Source: Eledone cirrhosa
Taxonomy: Eukaryota
DNA: 64,000 nucleotides
Direction of reading: 5' to 3'
Assembly: GCA_964016885.1 (NCBI GenBank)
Contig: OZ024740.1
Coordinates: 105,276,001-105,340,000 of the forward strand
The notes beneath the pieces are model-generated. The model made no database searches and was not told the DNA's origin. It was given only the letters and a program-made list of their open reading frames with translations. Within the stretch, counting starts at the first letter, position 1; each line of letters begins with the position of its first letter. Below are positions 50,509 through 64,000 of the stretch, piece by piece. The position numbers were made by a program, and so were the translations under genes.

Positions 50509-51009
50509 TCATCATCATCATCATCACCGTTTTACGTCCGTTCTTCCACGCTAGCATGGGTTAGACGGGTTGTCCTGTTGTGGGCAGTGTCTGGTCGGCT
50601 GACCATGCCTTGCTCATACAGGAACTGATCTGGCTTGATTTCTACAGCTGGATGCCCTTCCTAACACCAACCTCATTTACAGTGAGTGCTGGGTGCTTTT
50701 TCGTGGCGCCTACACGTCCACTTTACAGTGTGGGCTGGGTGCTTTTTTGCCGTGGCACCTCCACGGCCACCTTGCGGTGGGGGGGGGGCATATTGTTTAT
50801 ATGCTTCAGCATGTACCCATGGGAGGTCGGGTACCCTGTATTACTGCGTGACGCCAGAAGTCACGGTCGTGTGTCATTGACTTTGAGAGGTGTAGTTGGG
50901 TAAGGTCGGCTTTTATCACCTCATCCCAAGTCATCTTGGGTCTCCCCACTCCGCGGTTTCCATCAACTTCTAGTGCTCTGCACCTTTTTATGCAGCTGTC
51001 ATCCTTCAT
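50506..51009 (-). mobile_element. RTE LINE copy 4, 3' 500 bp
   Basis: Near-identical to 3122-3624; (TGA)n tail joined to (TA)n. Confidence 0.97.
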
Positions 51010-52338
51010 CCTTCATATATTTATATATTAAGGATATACAGCCAACCCTAATTTTACATATAAGTGTGTGCGTGTGCGCGCATGTACGCACGCGCGCACA
51101 ATCTCATTCCTTTATGATTGCTTACCTTGCTGGTATGAGCTGAACTGGCAAAGCACTACCACATTTATACAATCCATTGCTGGTTTCTTTTCTATGGATG
51201 AATCATTAAACCGTTTACAGAATGCACTGGATGGATTTTATGGAGCCAACACTAGAAAGTTTGCCTCATCTCCTCATATCTGCATGCGTGTGTTAGGACC
51301 TATGGTGCTTATGCTTACTGGTGTAACCTGATGTATTGAGTTGTGTCTACGGCAAAATGTAATTTTTGCAATTTAATAAAATAAATACTGGAATTGATAT
51401 GATCACCCAAAATTCTTGAAGGTGAGTCACAAGCATGACTGCCATCCAATGACAAGTAAAGAATAAAATAAATTATGGGTGGGGATGGACAAAGGGAGCA
51501 ATTACATACTTGTATGTATAACTTTTCAATTTCAATTACTTACATCGAGATGACATTGATATGTAAAATTCGGGTTTGCTGTGTACCCTAATTGTTTCTG
51601 TATAAATAATTTCCTGGTGGCCCCACATATAGAACATGTCTTGAATTGCTAATATAAGGGCCTCTGATCAAACTCAACTTTGTTGAATTCATTAGTCCTT
51701 ATAGGCAGGTCATATTTTTGTCCTTTCAGGGTGCCCTGAAGAGCAAATCTCTAGGATGCTGGTTGGTGGTTTTCTAACTGACATGCTGACCATAAAAGAA
51801 ACAGTGTTGTTTTACATGATTATCCGTAGATCATTTGATTTGACCAGACATACACTGAAGTTCTACTTCAAAGAAGCAGAACTTCAGAAATCAGATAGTC
51901 ATCCATCTGCACAACAACCATACTACTGCATTACATTGTCTAAAACAATACATCTGGAGGAGATTTAGTAGTTAGCCTCAAGATACTTAAGTAGGGCATA
52001 GTTCTAGAACTATGAACAATTTACTTTCAGTCTGTGCCAAAATAAAATTGTAGCTGATATTGATTTCTCTGAATGAGGAACATGGCCAATATTTGTATAG
52101 GAAGTTCATGTAATTAATAGAATTGACCTCATATATTGTTGACATTTTATTGACCTGAATGGTAGGGAGCACAAAAAGAAAACATTATGGGTCAGGTTGT
52201 AGAAATAAGGGAATACAAAGAGATACACTTATATTGTTGTTATTGTTTAGTTCCAGGTCAGCCATGATTCAGTGGACCTATTCCAGCTCTGACTACTCAT
52301 ATTTTTTCTTGTATATCAGAGACCATATTGTCCTTTAA

Positions 52339-52553
52339 CCCTTTAGCATTTACATTACTCTATATTTACTGTTATATTTTCATGGTAAAGGCTTTACCTC
52401 ACATAATTACCTCATAATATCAAATTTATGAGATTTCGATATTATTTTGAGAACAATACCTTAACATCAGTATGAATGGCTTGTTACAGCCGGTTTCAAC
52501 AGAAAGAGGCGAGAGAATTCTGGGTGGATACGGCTGGTTTAAATGCTAAAGGG
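52339..52553. mobile_element. piggyBac-like MITE, intact (215 bp)
   Basis: TTAA|CCCTTTAGCATTTA ... TAAATGCTAAAGGG|TTAA: perfect 14-bp TIR and TTAA duplication. Confidence 0.9.
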
Positions 52554-55500
52554 TTAAGACAGTACAGTGTCATTTAAGAGAGATTTAGCTGTTATTTCTA
52601 ATAGATCAAGAAATTGTATAGAACTATTTTATTTGCTCATTATCCATTTTCTAGAAGAAGTCTATGTAATTAGTTTCATGTGGGATAGTTTGACATTAGC
52701 CATCACATGCAGCGCATCAAAGACTAAAATCCAAGACAGTTATGATTAATATTGGCATGTATGTGTGTGCTGCACCTGTTTCTCTCATGCTCCTAAGTAA
52801 ATTTGAACTGAATTCAGCAAGCTTCTAGAACAAAAAACAAACAACATCCATTATCTTTTCCACTATGACAAGCTGCACACATTCAACACCATATTTCTAA
52901 TGAAATATACTGCATATGATTTTCAAAAAGAAACGTTTGGAAGGATTTAGAAATAAAAATAATTTTTTCAATTGGTTCTTACACAAAATATAAACACTTT
53001 AAAATATACAACCTTGTATCACAGATCCAGAGCTGCTTTTATTTAAATGAATTTGCACATGGTCTACTACACTCCCGGTTTGTTATACAGGGAAAATAGT
53101 CAGAAGAGAAAAATGTTTACACTTAAATAATTGATGTTAATAACATGTACATGTATTTAACAAAGTAATTGAAGATTTGAATTTATCTTATGGATCTCCA
53201 GCACTGTCTAAATTGAACCCCAGAAGTTCTTGCAGCCCAAACTGGGAACTGGTGAGCTAGACACAGCTAAGCATGATTTTAAAGCAATTTAGGAACCTAA
53301 AGCTAATGTTATCATCATCACCATCCTCATTTTAACATTTCACCAAATCATAACTTTTTCAAATCATAACTTCAGTCAACCGAGTATTATAAATTTATCA
53401 ATGTCAAAAGAAATCGATTTATCTTCTTTCTAATCAATAAAACCAAAAAGTAAACTCAAAACACCATGAGTGACATTTGATAATTATAACATTTGTGAAA
53501 ATTCTATAATACTGAATACATTGTTGATTTTCTTCAGAAAATTTATTAATTTTGGGCACAATTTTTAAAACTTGATACAAACCATGCAAAGATATCTATG
53601 GTAGCTTCAAATTGTTATGAGAAACATAAATGATAATTGATATTTGCAGCACAGTAGTAAAGTTGTAAAACAAAACATTTGAAGTGTTTTTTTCTTTTTA
53701 TAAAAAAAAAAAAAAAAATATGATATATACACTCCCCACACATACACACACCCATCCACACACATGCCATGAAATATCTAGTCTCAAGTTCTATAATTGT
53801 ACCTATTGAACAATTTCACCTTAGTCTGTGCCAAAATAACTCACTTGCCACAACTAATATTGACTTCATTGAACTCGGAATATGGCCAATTTTGTATAGG
53901 GAGTTCAGGTAGTTTATAGAAATAACCTTAATATAGCCTTGACATTAAATTTATTGATCTTAGGAAGGGCATCAATGAAAACACTGATCATCGATCTGAA
54001 CAAAAGTTGAACTTAGAATGTCAAAAGCTCTATTTGAACAATATTAACCCTTTTGATACCAATCAACCTGACATTGTTGTGCTAAGATACATCACTCATT
54101 TCTAAAATTTATATTTTAATCAAAACCTATCATAATTTTATGTAAAACTATTTTAAGTTATGAGCCTAACACCGGCTCAGAGTATGGCGAAGTCGCAGAG
54201 CAAAGCGTTCCAGTCATTGCTTTGGAATTTGATTTAGATTTCAAATTTAGAAACCGCTTTCAAGTGTTGTGTTTTCATGTTTGCTATAGTATCCGTGAGA
54301 AGCAGGAGGATGTAGTCTATAGTTTATGTTGAATACTGACAGGTGGAAATAATTAAAAATAAGAATATTTTAATTTATTTCTACAATAATGTTCAACATG
54401 TACGTAAAAATGACATACGAGATTATATGTATGAGTATGTTGTGCACTGATTGAATTGACTTTCCTCCTTTCCTTCAAATTGCTGGCCTTGTGCCAAAAG
54501 TAGAAAATTATATACTCTGACAACAATAAGCAAATATCTTAAACCTCCAGCAGTTAAAGTGACTTTGTACATGATATATTAAATGTTCTATTATGTACCA
54601 TATTTCATTTGTTATATAAATATTCTTTGAAGTATTACCTAATATTGTATCTTTATGAGTTATTCACTTCATAACAGTTTACATAAAAACAGTTAAAAAA
54701 TATTAGAATATTTCAGACTAAAATTTCAAATACTCCACTGTAATGACTCACAAATGAATTTGTTTATATGGTTCATATCAAACTGACAAGATCAAATGAA
54801 GTAAGTCACAACATGTCAAATTATCCACAAATATTGTTTGTTGAATAAGAGGTAATACTTTGAGTGACATTTAAGAAGTACAGGCAATAAGTTAATTTAT
54901 TTTTACTGACGGTAAATGAACAGAGATTGATGAATAATAATGTGAACTTAATGAAGAATTTAAAACAAAGTGGGGAGGGGGGTGGAAATAACTAGTGATA
55001 AACTGGATAAATTAATTATGTTTGATTAATTAGTAGTAATAATTAATGGTTGATTATCTTTAGGAAAATACACCACCACATATATAAATTTCAAAAACGA
55101 AGTTAAGCTTTTCATGAACCTTTAGGTTTCAATAAATCAGAACTTAATTTTGGGCAATGCAGAGTGTGGTAAATAAAGAACCAATCCTTTACAGGTGCTT
55201 AATCTTTGTCTCAAAACTATCTACATTACACAGTGAGAAGAGCGACAAGAGATCATTCACAGCATTCGTTTCTCCAGAAATGCTGAAGAGTTGAACAAAA
55301 GGTTAGCTATCTGTTCCTTAGAAAAAGTGAGCAACCTGATGTGCAGTGCAGCACAGAATGAAAATAAAGTGTAAAGATCATAGATGGATTTTGTCCTGAA
55401 CACAATGCTAGTCTACAACAAGTTAACTTCCTCCAAATATTTACTACATATTTACAGAAACAAAGTAAATTCTAAGATACCACCATAGAGATGTTTATTT

Positions 55501-56302
55501 TATTGACCCTAAAAGGTCAAAAGGCAAAGATAGAGGGATTTGAGCTCTGTATCCAGAGAGCTGAAACAAATAACGCAAACCGTTTTGTTCTACTCTTACA
55601 ACTCAGCCAATTCAATGCCTTGTTAATATTTGTCAAACAGTATACAACAATATATCTTGCAAAGAAAATTTTGTAGTCAACTGAATTAAACAGTATATTA
55701 CTGGTATTTCTGTCATCAAAACGGACAAGGTAATGTTTTAAACTGTAAAGTAGAGCCATAGCAAGTGGGATGGCAGTTGTCCTCTGAGTACAACTAGCCT
55801 ATCAAGATTGTTAAAGTAGGGGCACCAAAAATCTTTAACCACCCCCAATTGGCAACAAGAGTCCACGATACACCACTAATAGTGTGCAGGCGAGGGGAAA
55901 AGTGGGAGTGTATAGTTGATTGAATCTACCCAGTAGTCAATTGAGGGACATACATTAATTCAGTTGAGGTCTCTCTCACACACACACACTATGGCAGTAG
56001 ATCTAATCTGATGTCTGCTTTAATACCATCACAGGGTCATTGGTGTCTTTGCCAGAGTTCATTCTTTTGCAAGTGTTCAAGCCAAGTTTCTAGTTTGAAG
56101 ATATTTTCCTCTCTCTCTCACCAGTCCTAGAGTTTCTAGAAAGGGGTAATGGACACTGATATTTCTTCCATAAAAATAAACAAAAAAAAAAAAAGTGCAA
56201 GGTTGTATAGCGACCTATTTTTTAACAGGCAATGTAGGACAATTCCTCTTCAGCACCAGATCAAAGCTGGCACTGTTATTGGATACTACACTGCACAACA
56301 GC

Positions 56303-56338
<36 letters not shown>

Positions 56339-57814
56339 CACCAATGTAATCTTTTATATTGATCTTGCAGAATAGATTTCTTCAAATACCGAAGGGGAAA
56401 AGAAAGAAAGAAAAATCATTTTACGCAATGAGCAGACTTTATAAGTAAACAACACATGCACACACACACCACACACTAATCTCAACTACATACATCTCAT
56501 ATGCACCAAACATACACCACACTACACTTATGTCATACACACACACACAAGTGCGTATATTACTGAATTATTTTTTTTTCTTTATCATAGCTACATACAA
56601 AAAAATAAAAAAATCTGAAATAAAAGCAAAACTTTTACTTCATTAAATATCCCTTTATAAAACAAATAAAATAAATGTAAAATAATTTTTGAAATCTAAA
56701 AAATAAATGTGTCAAATGAAAATATAAAAAATATATATACAATCGGAAAATGAAAAGAAAAATTAAATTAACAGCAAGAAAATCAATTTGTTGTTAATCA
56801 ATATATTTTGATACTGAAATTGTTCCAATATATTTGACCCCAGCCCTTCCACCTTAAAAAAGAATTCTAATATATCTGGACAGATATCAGCACTAATATA
56901 TCTTAAACATTTTTATAAATTAGGAGTTCAACATTAAACTAAGCTAAAATTTGACTTTTAGTCTAAGCTGGTTGATTTGGCAGATGTTTTAGAGCATTGT
57001 ATAGAATGCATTGCATTAATTACTCTATTATAATTAGTAAATTAAGAATTTAGAGGGATTTATTAAAATAGTTAATAATTTTATTATTAAAATCGTTTTT
57101 GTAACATAACTTAAATTGTTATTTTCCAAAATTATTTTGGAAGGTTTCAATTTAAACAGAAACTCTTTAAAATGGGTGAGTTTCAACTTAAAGAGAAACC
57201 TTTTAAAATGGGTGATTTTGTTTCACACAGGAAAGAGGCAGTTTGGGTTAAATCTAGTGAAGATAAAGGAAATAGCTAAATAATATACTTGACTGATGTA
57301 ATTGCATATTGGTAAGATTCCTCTGGATTTTGTAAATCACTGAATTTCTTGATGTCATTTCACATGTATTTAACCTAAGAACAAAGCCAGCAATATGGTC
57401 TAAAAATAGTCAATTATAATGACCCAGTCCCCAGTATTTGACTGGTACTTTATTTTATCTACCCCAGAAGGACGAAAGGATTTGAACTCAGAATGTAATG
57501 AGCCAAAACAAGTATTACAAGGTATTTTCTCTGACAATCCTATTGTGAAAGGTATGAATGACATCTTTCTCCCCACCACATATTTCATATTTCTTGCCTA
57601 TTAAGGGTGATATGAAGGGCAACCAGCCATAGAAAGGTTGCCAAAGGGTTGGGAGGACACTTCAGTTGTGTCAAGGACATGACAACCTCTCCAGTGCTCT
57701 CAATAAAATGAGATGCAAACATCCTGGCCTGTACTGACTTGGTTTATGCAGATCTGTTCCACTCTTCCTAGCAGGGAAAGTGGATATAAAACAATGAAGA
57801 TGGTGTGGCTCCGT

Positions 57815-58146
57815 AACTCCAAATGGAGTTGGAGGGGCACCATAGTGGCATATGGCATTTCTTGGGCATTTTAAAAACTTGACGGAACCCATTCCACTCC
57901 AGGTTTGAACACAGCAGATTTATTCCAGAGAAGAATAGAGAGAGAGAGAGAGTGGGAAAGAAAATGAGAAAGCGATATAGGGGGAGAATCGACCCCAGTA
58001 TTAGATTTGTATTTTTTTTTTATCGAACTCAAAAGGATGAAAGGCAAAGTTGACCTCGGATGGATTTGAATTCAGTGGGCAGAGAGCTCGAACAAATATT
58101 GTAAAGCATTCTATCCGACATTCTAACATCTGCCAATTCACCACCT
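57815..58146 (-). mobile_element. Nin-type SINE with long 3' module (as at 22415-22722)
   Basis: GGATGAAAGGCAAAGTTGACCTCGG..GGATTTGAA plus CTCCAGGTTTGAACACAGCAGATTT.TTCCAGAGAAG.ATAGAG. Confidence 0.65.
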
Positions 58147-58860
58147 CCAGCAAATTTCTAACTCAATACTATATTGGGTAGGATTTCAGTTTATTATATC
58201 AACCTCGGTTCTTGGTAAGCATTTATTTCATTAGACTGGAAGGATGAAAGATAAAATTGACTTTGGTGGGATTGCAATATCAGTAACTTAATACTTCAGG
58301 GTATTTGGCTTGACACTCAACCCCTGTCACCTGGGATGTGTGTTAAATCTACTGAATCAAAAAAATTGATGACTGGTACTGATTTTTATCTACCTAGAAG
58401 GATTGAAATGCACAGGCGACACAAAGGATTTGACTGCAGAATGCAGAGTAATATTTTATTTATCACATTACTAGAGACTGAGTCGAGATTGGGCCTATTG
58501 CCTTTATCCAAGGTTGGCAACAGAGGACAATTCAGACATTTTCTGTGGGCCTTGGATCTCTCCAAATTTTTATATGTAATATATGATGTAATATACATGC
58601 AGGTCAAAGGCAAAACTAAAAGTCAAAAGCAGATATTACAAAAAAGTTGTTGATCCCTGGTCAAAACAGACCTGCATATGCCATCTAGAATAAGCCAATG
58701 ATAAGTAAATATTCTTGATGGAATTAATTCTAAAGTATGTTACATAATAGTTATTGTTGTAAGGTAAAGCAGTTAGTAATGAAAGCCATTATCCAGTCTT
58801 TCTCCCTTGCCACTCATTTATCTAAAAAATATGTGCAGAGGAGAGAGGAATGCCAGTGGT

Positions 58861-59225
<365 letters not shown>

Positions 59226-59289
59226 GGCAGAGATGTTTTGATTAGTGTTATGATGTCAGATCAACGGCATATCGCATAAACAATTACAT

Positions 59290-59507
59290 TGAACCACCAC
59301 CATCGCCACCACCTACACTACCATCATCTGAGCCACCAATGCTACATCTATAACATCAATTTTACACCACCACCACAGCAACAACCAACCACTACCACAC
59401 CACACCACACTATCACCACAACAATAATCACCAGCACACCACCATTACAACAGCACTAGCCATTACGATTACCACCACCACTGCACTAACTCCCACCATC
59501 ACCACCA
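59290..59507. repeat. Degenerate (CAC)n low-complexity tract
   Basis: Direct inspection. Confidence 0.8.
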
Positions 59508-59547
59508 GGTTTCCCTTTCATTGAAACAACTAACGCTATTAAACAAA

Positions 59548-59727
59548 TAATTGTTTCTACTTTTGGTACAAGGCCAGCAATTATCCCAGTGCATTGCTGG
59601 TACTTTATTTTATCGACCCCGTAAGGATGAAAGGCAAAGTTAACCTGGCGGGATTTGAACTCAGATCGTAAAGGGACGTAACTATTCTGGAAAGCATGGC
59701 GTCCGACTCTCTACCGATACTGCCAAT
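59548..59727 (-). mobile_element. Nin-domain-type SINE
   Basis: Reverse complement of the 14018-14203 family. Confidence 0.88.
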
Positions 59728-60279
59728 AATGACATCTAATCACAAAAAATAATCACTGATCAGATCAATGAACAGAAGAAATAACTGACTGACACCGAGC
59801 TGAGAAACTGGATTTAAAAGCAACAGCAGCAGTGGTTGAAGGTCTACGTGGTTGTTGAATCTGTTAGAAATAACAGTTAAATCTCTCTCAAGTGATACTA
59901 CAACAAAAGGACATATGTAGTTATAGATTCATGTCTGAAATAAATAAATACATAAATAAATAAATAAGCTGGGCATTGATGGCTGAAATACTATTTGAGC
60001 CGAGGTTTTCCCGATCTAACAGACAAGACACCTTAAATAGATTATATAAAAAAAAGGAATGGGATTGTATAGCATCTAAACAAAGAAATAGGAGAGGCAA
60101 CAGCTAATTTTCTGAACCTGATTAAAGAATCTGTTTCCATTGACCTTTCCATTGTTGATACAGTTTCCGGTGACAAGAAACGGGACTTTGAACACAGGAC
60201 ACATAGAGCCAAAACTGAAACCACAAAGCATTCCATCAAACGCCTAAATAATTGTCAATCCAACGCCTCTGGGCTGTTA

Positions 60280-60407
60280 ATTTATCGACCCCAAAAGGAT
60301 GAAAAGGTAAAGTTAATTTCGGTAGTATTTAAACTCAGAACACAGAGTCGGAACAAATTTCAAAAAGCAATTTTTCCGACGCCCTAGCGACTCTGCTAAT
60401 TCGCCAT
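60280..60407 (-). mobile_element. Nin-type SINE, 5' part
   Basis: TTTATCGACCCC..AAGGATGAAA..AAAGTTAA..AACTCAGAAC..CTGCTAATTCGCC. Confidence 0.7.
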
Positions 60408-62304
60408 TATAATTGATCGTCAAATTTGTGGAGCTCATCGAGTGTTTGAGTCCTATTTGATTAACAACACTTTCGATAATGGTTACTTTTCTTTATATCG
60501 GAAAAAGGCTGCAAATATACAGCGGGTAGAGTATAGTGGATTCAATCGACCCAAGTATATATTTTAGTATTTATTTAATCGACGACCATAGATAGCATTG
60601 TACTCAGAACACAGAAGAATGATATTAAATACAAAAAAAAAAAAATGTCTGGTTCTCTACTCTTGCTACCATTCCACAAACTTAATAAAAATTTCTTATA
60701 AAAAGCATAAGACTGGATTTACTGTGGTATTGAGACGTTCATGCTTCTCAAAGGGTAATCTGAAATGGCTACAAATGAGAAAAACTAAGAACCTACACTA
60801 AAAATACAGGCACTAAAAAAAGAAAGAAAGAAAAACTATTTTGTATGTCTTGGTGTTAACATTTTTGTCGTATTCTCTGCGATCCGGTCACTGACCTTTC
60901 TACTGCAATAGAATTGTGTCAGCGGCTGGGATGCACAAAGCTTAACGAAAATATTACAAAACAAAATAAACAATTGATTAATGTGTATAACAGTTTTTTC
61001 TGTGATTGTTAAAAATTCCACAATGTTTCAGTTCCAACAATCGGATCAACTCACTCGGCAAACATATCTCCAAAATCTATTTTTCTATGACCAATATTTA
61101 TTATATCGGTCCATAGTTGTGGTTTCTAAACTTATATTGTTAAGTAACCATTATACGCTTCTCCAAAAATCGCGGAACCATTGCCTATATTTTCGGAACA
61201 CTTAAGCACTAATTTTAATAAGAGTTTAAATCACAACAGTTGTTTTAGAGAAAACATTTATTCATATAAAGCATTTAAAAGAAATTGCTAAGACACTTAT
61301 CTCGAAGAACAACGGCCTGGAGTGTCTCCTAACTAGTTCTAACTAAAGACGTTGCCAAGTTCCTAACTAAATGTACTGTATTTGAATTAAAATTATTTTA
61401 TTCTTAAGATAGTATTTATGGTTCGTATATCAAATTACGCTGGAAGATTTTAATTTAAATACAAACCCTTTGGATGGCTTTGTTTCAGAGAACCAGAGGC
61501 GGTTTAGAGTTAACCCTATCTTTTAGACTGCAATTCTCTGGACTCCTCTACATACAAACTCTGTATAGCGACCTGTCTGCGAGTGTCCGCAAGGACTATG
61601 AGCATTGCTACTTTTCCTTAGACAAAACCAGCAGCATTACGTTGTGTTGGTGGTCAATATCACTATAACCAGCAGAAGCATGGCATAATCATGTTCATAG
61701 TCATGCAGTGAGAGAGGAACTCCGTCAGTATGATTTTCTCAACTTACTACATACATACTCTGAATTAAGACAACATTTTTAGAGGTAGCACCACAGCACG
61801 CACAACTTGTGGAATCTACCACTCAAGATTTGCGACGGTCCAACTGGCTTCCATAGAATTCCTGTGAACCAAATTCCACCCACAAAGCTTTTGTCGAAAC
61901 GAGATAATGGTAAAAGACATTTTCTCAAGGTTCCCAAACAAACCCCCAAACCAGTTTCGATGCAAACTTTTTCACCATACTGCCATTAAAATTCATGATT
62001 CTGTTCGACTAAACACGAACAAGAGCAAATCGAATCCAATATTTTACTAGTATAAGAGCATTTTCAATCCGATTTCCTGTTCGGAAACCAATTTCTCCGC
62101 CCATTATTAAAGGAAAACAATACACAGTGTAGTGAAAGGGACAAGTTCAGGCTATTTCAACAGTTTTCTCAGCTTCATTAGACGCTGATGCTTTCAAGAC
62201 GTTTTGAACACAAAAATCAAATTCATGTAATTTAGTTGAAGCATGAAACAAAGGCATTGTTACTCTGTACAATTCATAATTCTATTCTTTACTGCTTTAA
62301 TGAT

Positions 62305-62868
62305 GGTGGAACGGCAGAATGTTTCGAGTGTCGGACGAAATGCCTTGCGATATATGTACCGGTCCTTTACGTTCTGAGTTCAAATCGTGCCAAGGTCAAC
62401 TTTACCTTTCGTCTTTCCTTAGTTGATAAAGTAACAAATAAGTTGATTTAATCGACTTTGCCCTCCCCCAAATTTGCTGGTTTTGTACCTAAATTAGACA
62501 CCATTATTATGAATAAAGTAATCAATACCATAATTAAGGTAGGGCGGTGGATTGGTGGAATCGTTAGAGGGTCGGACAAACATCTTTATAGCATTTAATT
62601 CCACCGAAGTCAGCTTTGCTTTTCAGCCTTCCGGGGTCGATTTAATCGATGTCCTCTACCCCCAAATTATTGGCCCTGTGCTTATGTTAGAAACAATTAT
62701 GAATAAAGTATAAAACAACTTCTCTTCCATGTTATTTAGTTATTTATTGTTTTCCAGCTATGTTAGAAGTTTACGTTCTGAGTTCAAATCCCATTGGAGT
62801 CAAGTTAATCGACAACCCCCTCATAGCCCTACGGTATTTCTGGTTTTGTGCCCAATCTTAGAAAATTA
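62305..62868 (+). mobile_element. Cluster of three degenerate Nin-type SINEs
   Basis: Repeated TTTACGTTCTGAGTTCAAATC / TTAATCGAC / TTAGAAA units starting at about 62305, 62543 and 62770. Confidence 0.7.
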
Positions 62869-62946
62869 TTTATCTGTTAATGATTGACATATGCTGCTGG
62901 TATTGAACATGTTTGGTTGTTCGTGAAAAGGAGCGAACTTCTAAAG

Positions 62947-63209
62947 CAACAACTCCCAATCTGGGGTCTACAAAGATGGCATTGGGAGTTTGAACTAAAT
63001 GAAGCATTTCACGTACTTTGTTAAAAAGCTCATACACTATTAGGTGTCCCTTCTCGTCTATGTATGAACAATTCTTTCTTAATAGCTATTCTCGTTGTAT
63101 AACAAATTGGGAAGGGTGTAACTATAGTGGAAGGATAAAGGCGGGAGGGGGTGCGTGATCCACTTAAATAAAAGAGTTCGCTGGCAATTAAAAGGTTTGG
63201 CGACCACTG
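62947..63209. mobile_element. Possible hAT (Charlie-like) MITE
   Basis: Right end GTTTGGCGACCACTG, decayed left end CAACAACTCCCAATC, flanks TTCTAAAG / TTATAGAA. Confidence 0.4.
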
Positions 63210-63562
63210 TTATAGAAGTTCTATAAAACCTGTATTTTCCAGGTCCCATGGATACTGGATTAAGAAGGCCATTCTTTTATGAAACGGGAAGAATAAAAAA
63301 TACCAACCCCACTAAGATTTCAACACAGAACTAAAAGCAACGAAGTTTCAAATATTTTCTGCCAATTCGCCCCAACTAAATTAATTTTTCACTTTACAAA
63401 CTAATGAGGGAACCTCTACACCAGGAACCTCCAAGCCTCAGCCATGTACAAAAATAAATAAGTAAATAAATGAATGAATAAACAATATAAGAAAGACTAA
63501 TATATAAATCAGAAACCTGTATAAACAAGTATTTTATTCTGTTATATATATATATATATATA

Positions 63563-64000
63563 TGGGAAATGAAATTTCGTTTCATTTTTTCCGTTTATCG
63601 TTTTCGGTGCACCCGGCCGATTAACCCACTCGATATGCAAATTGGGCTACTCAGCCGTTAATATGCATAAGGTAAGTATATGCGTTCAACAATCTGGCAG
63701 GAAGGTATACGTTGCTGACGATAGCTAATAAGCTTGAAACTAGTACAGCGTTCCTTTGTCAGTGTTGAACAAACGAGCAACGATGGTTGCTAGACACTAC
63801 GGCTTAAACACACCGAGCATTATAATAAATGTTCGGTGAATCCATACGTACATATATATATGTGTGCATGTATATATATATGTATATATATATATATATA
63901 TATATACATACTACTGTACGTCTGTATACATATATGTATGTACGTGTACATACTTATATTTAAGTAACAGCCGTACTAAGAGTGGGAAATGAAATTTCGT
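63563..64000 (+). mobile_element. Penelope-like pLTR/retrozyme element E (~420-nt unit, repeat restarts at window edge)
   Basis: Starts after (TA)n; TGGGAAATGAAATTTCGT at 63563 recurs at 63983. Contains a hammerhead and a consensus donor AG|GTAAGT at about 63670. Confidence 0.65.
63709..63751 (+). ncRNA. Type I hammerhead ribozyme, family E
   Basis: ACGTTG [CTGACGA] T-AGCT-aata-AGCT-T [GAA] ACTAGT [A] CAGCGT. Stem I extends with AAGG/CCTT across an internal loop; U.U at the base of stem II. Confidence 0.8.

Noticed and set aside
56306-56337. Poly(A) tract as a processed pseudogene tail
   Set aside because: No upstream ORF, TSD or recognisable element.
60042-62451. Short ORFs and mild CpG enrichment as a gene 5' end
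   Set aside because: No homology, splice pattern or promoter motif that I can support; part of the CpG comes from SINEs.

Overview
Eukaryotic, AT-rich, almost entirely non-genic DNA. The repeat repertoire (CORE- and Nin-domain tRNA SINEs, RTE LINEs with (TGA)n tails) looks cephalopod/octopus-like, which is an inference. Main content: (1) four copies of an RTE-clade LINE, one with an uninterrupted 1016-aa EN-RT ORF carrying a C4HC3 PHD finger inside the RT; (2) non-autonomous Helitrons, including a three-unit head-to-tail chain; (3) many SINEs, piggyBac-, mariner- and hAT-like MITEs, CRE-like fragments and microsatellites; (4) one candidate 144-bp host exon. The most striking unannotated signal is a set of at least five sequence-unrelated, non-coding elements. 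Each abuts a (TA)n tract and carries a type I hammerhead ribozyme with a short self-complementary stem III (16.9, 23.3-23.8, 35.1, 49.1 and 63.7 kb). Three are fold-back elements with a short unpaired tail, and two appear to be ~310-420 nt tandem monomers, consistent with a Penelope-like/retrozyme system. All calls are by eye; no searches or folding programs were run.
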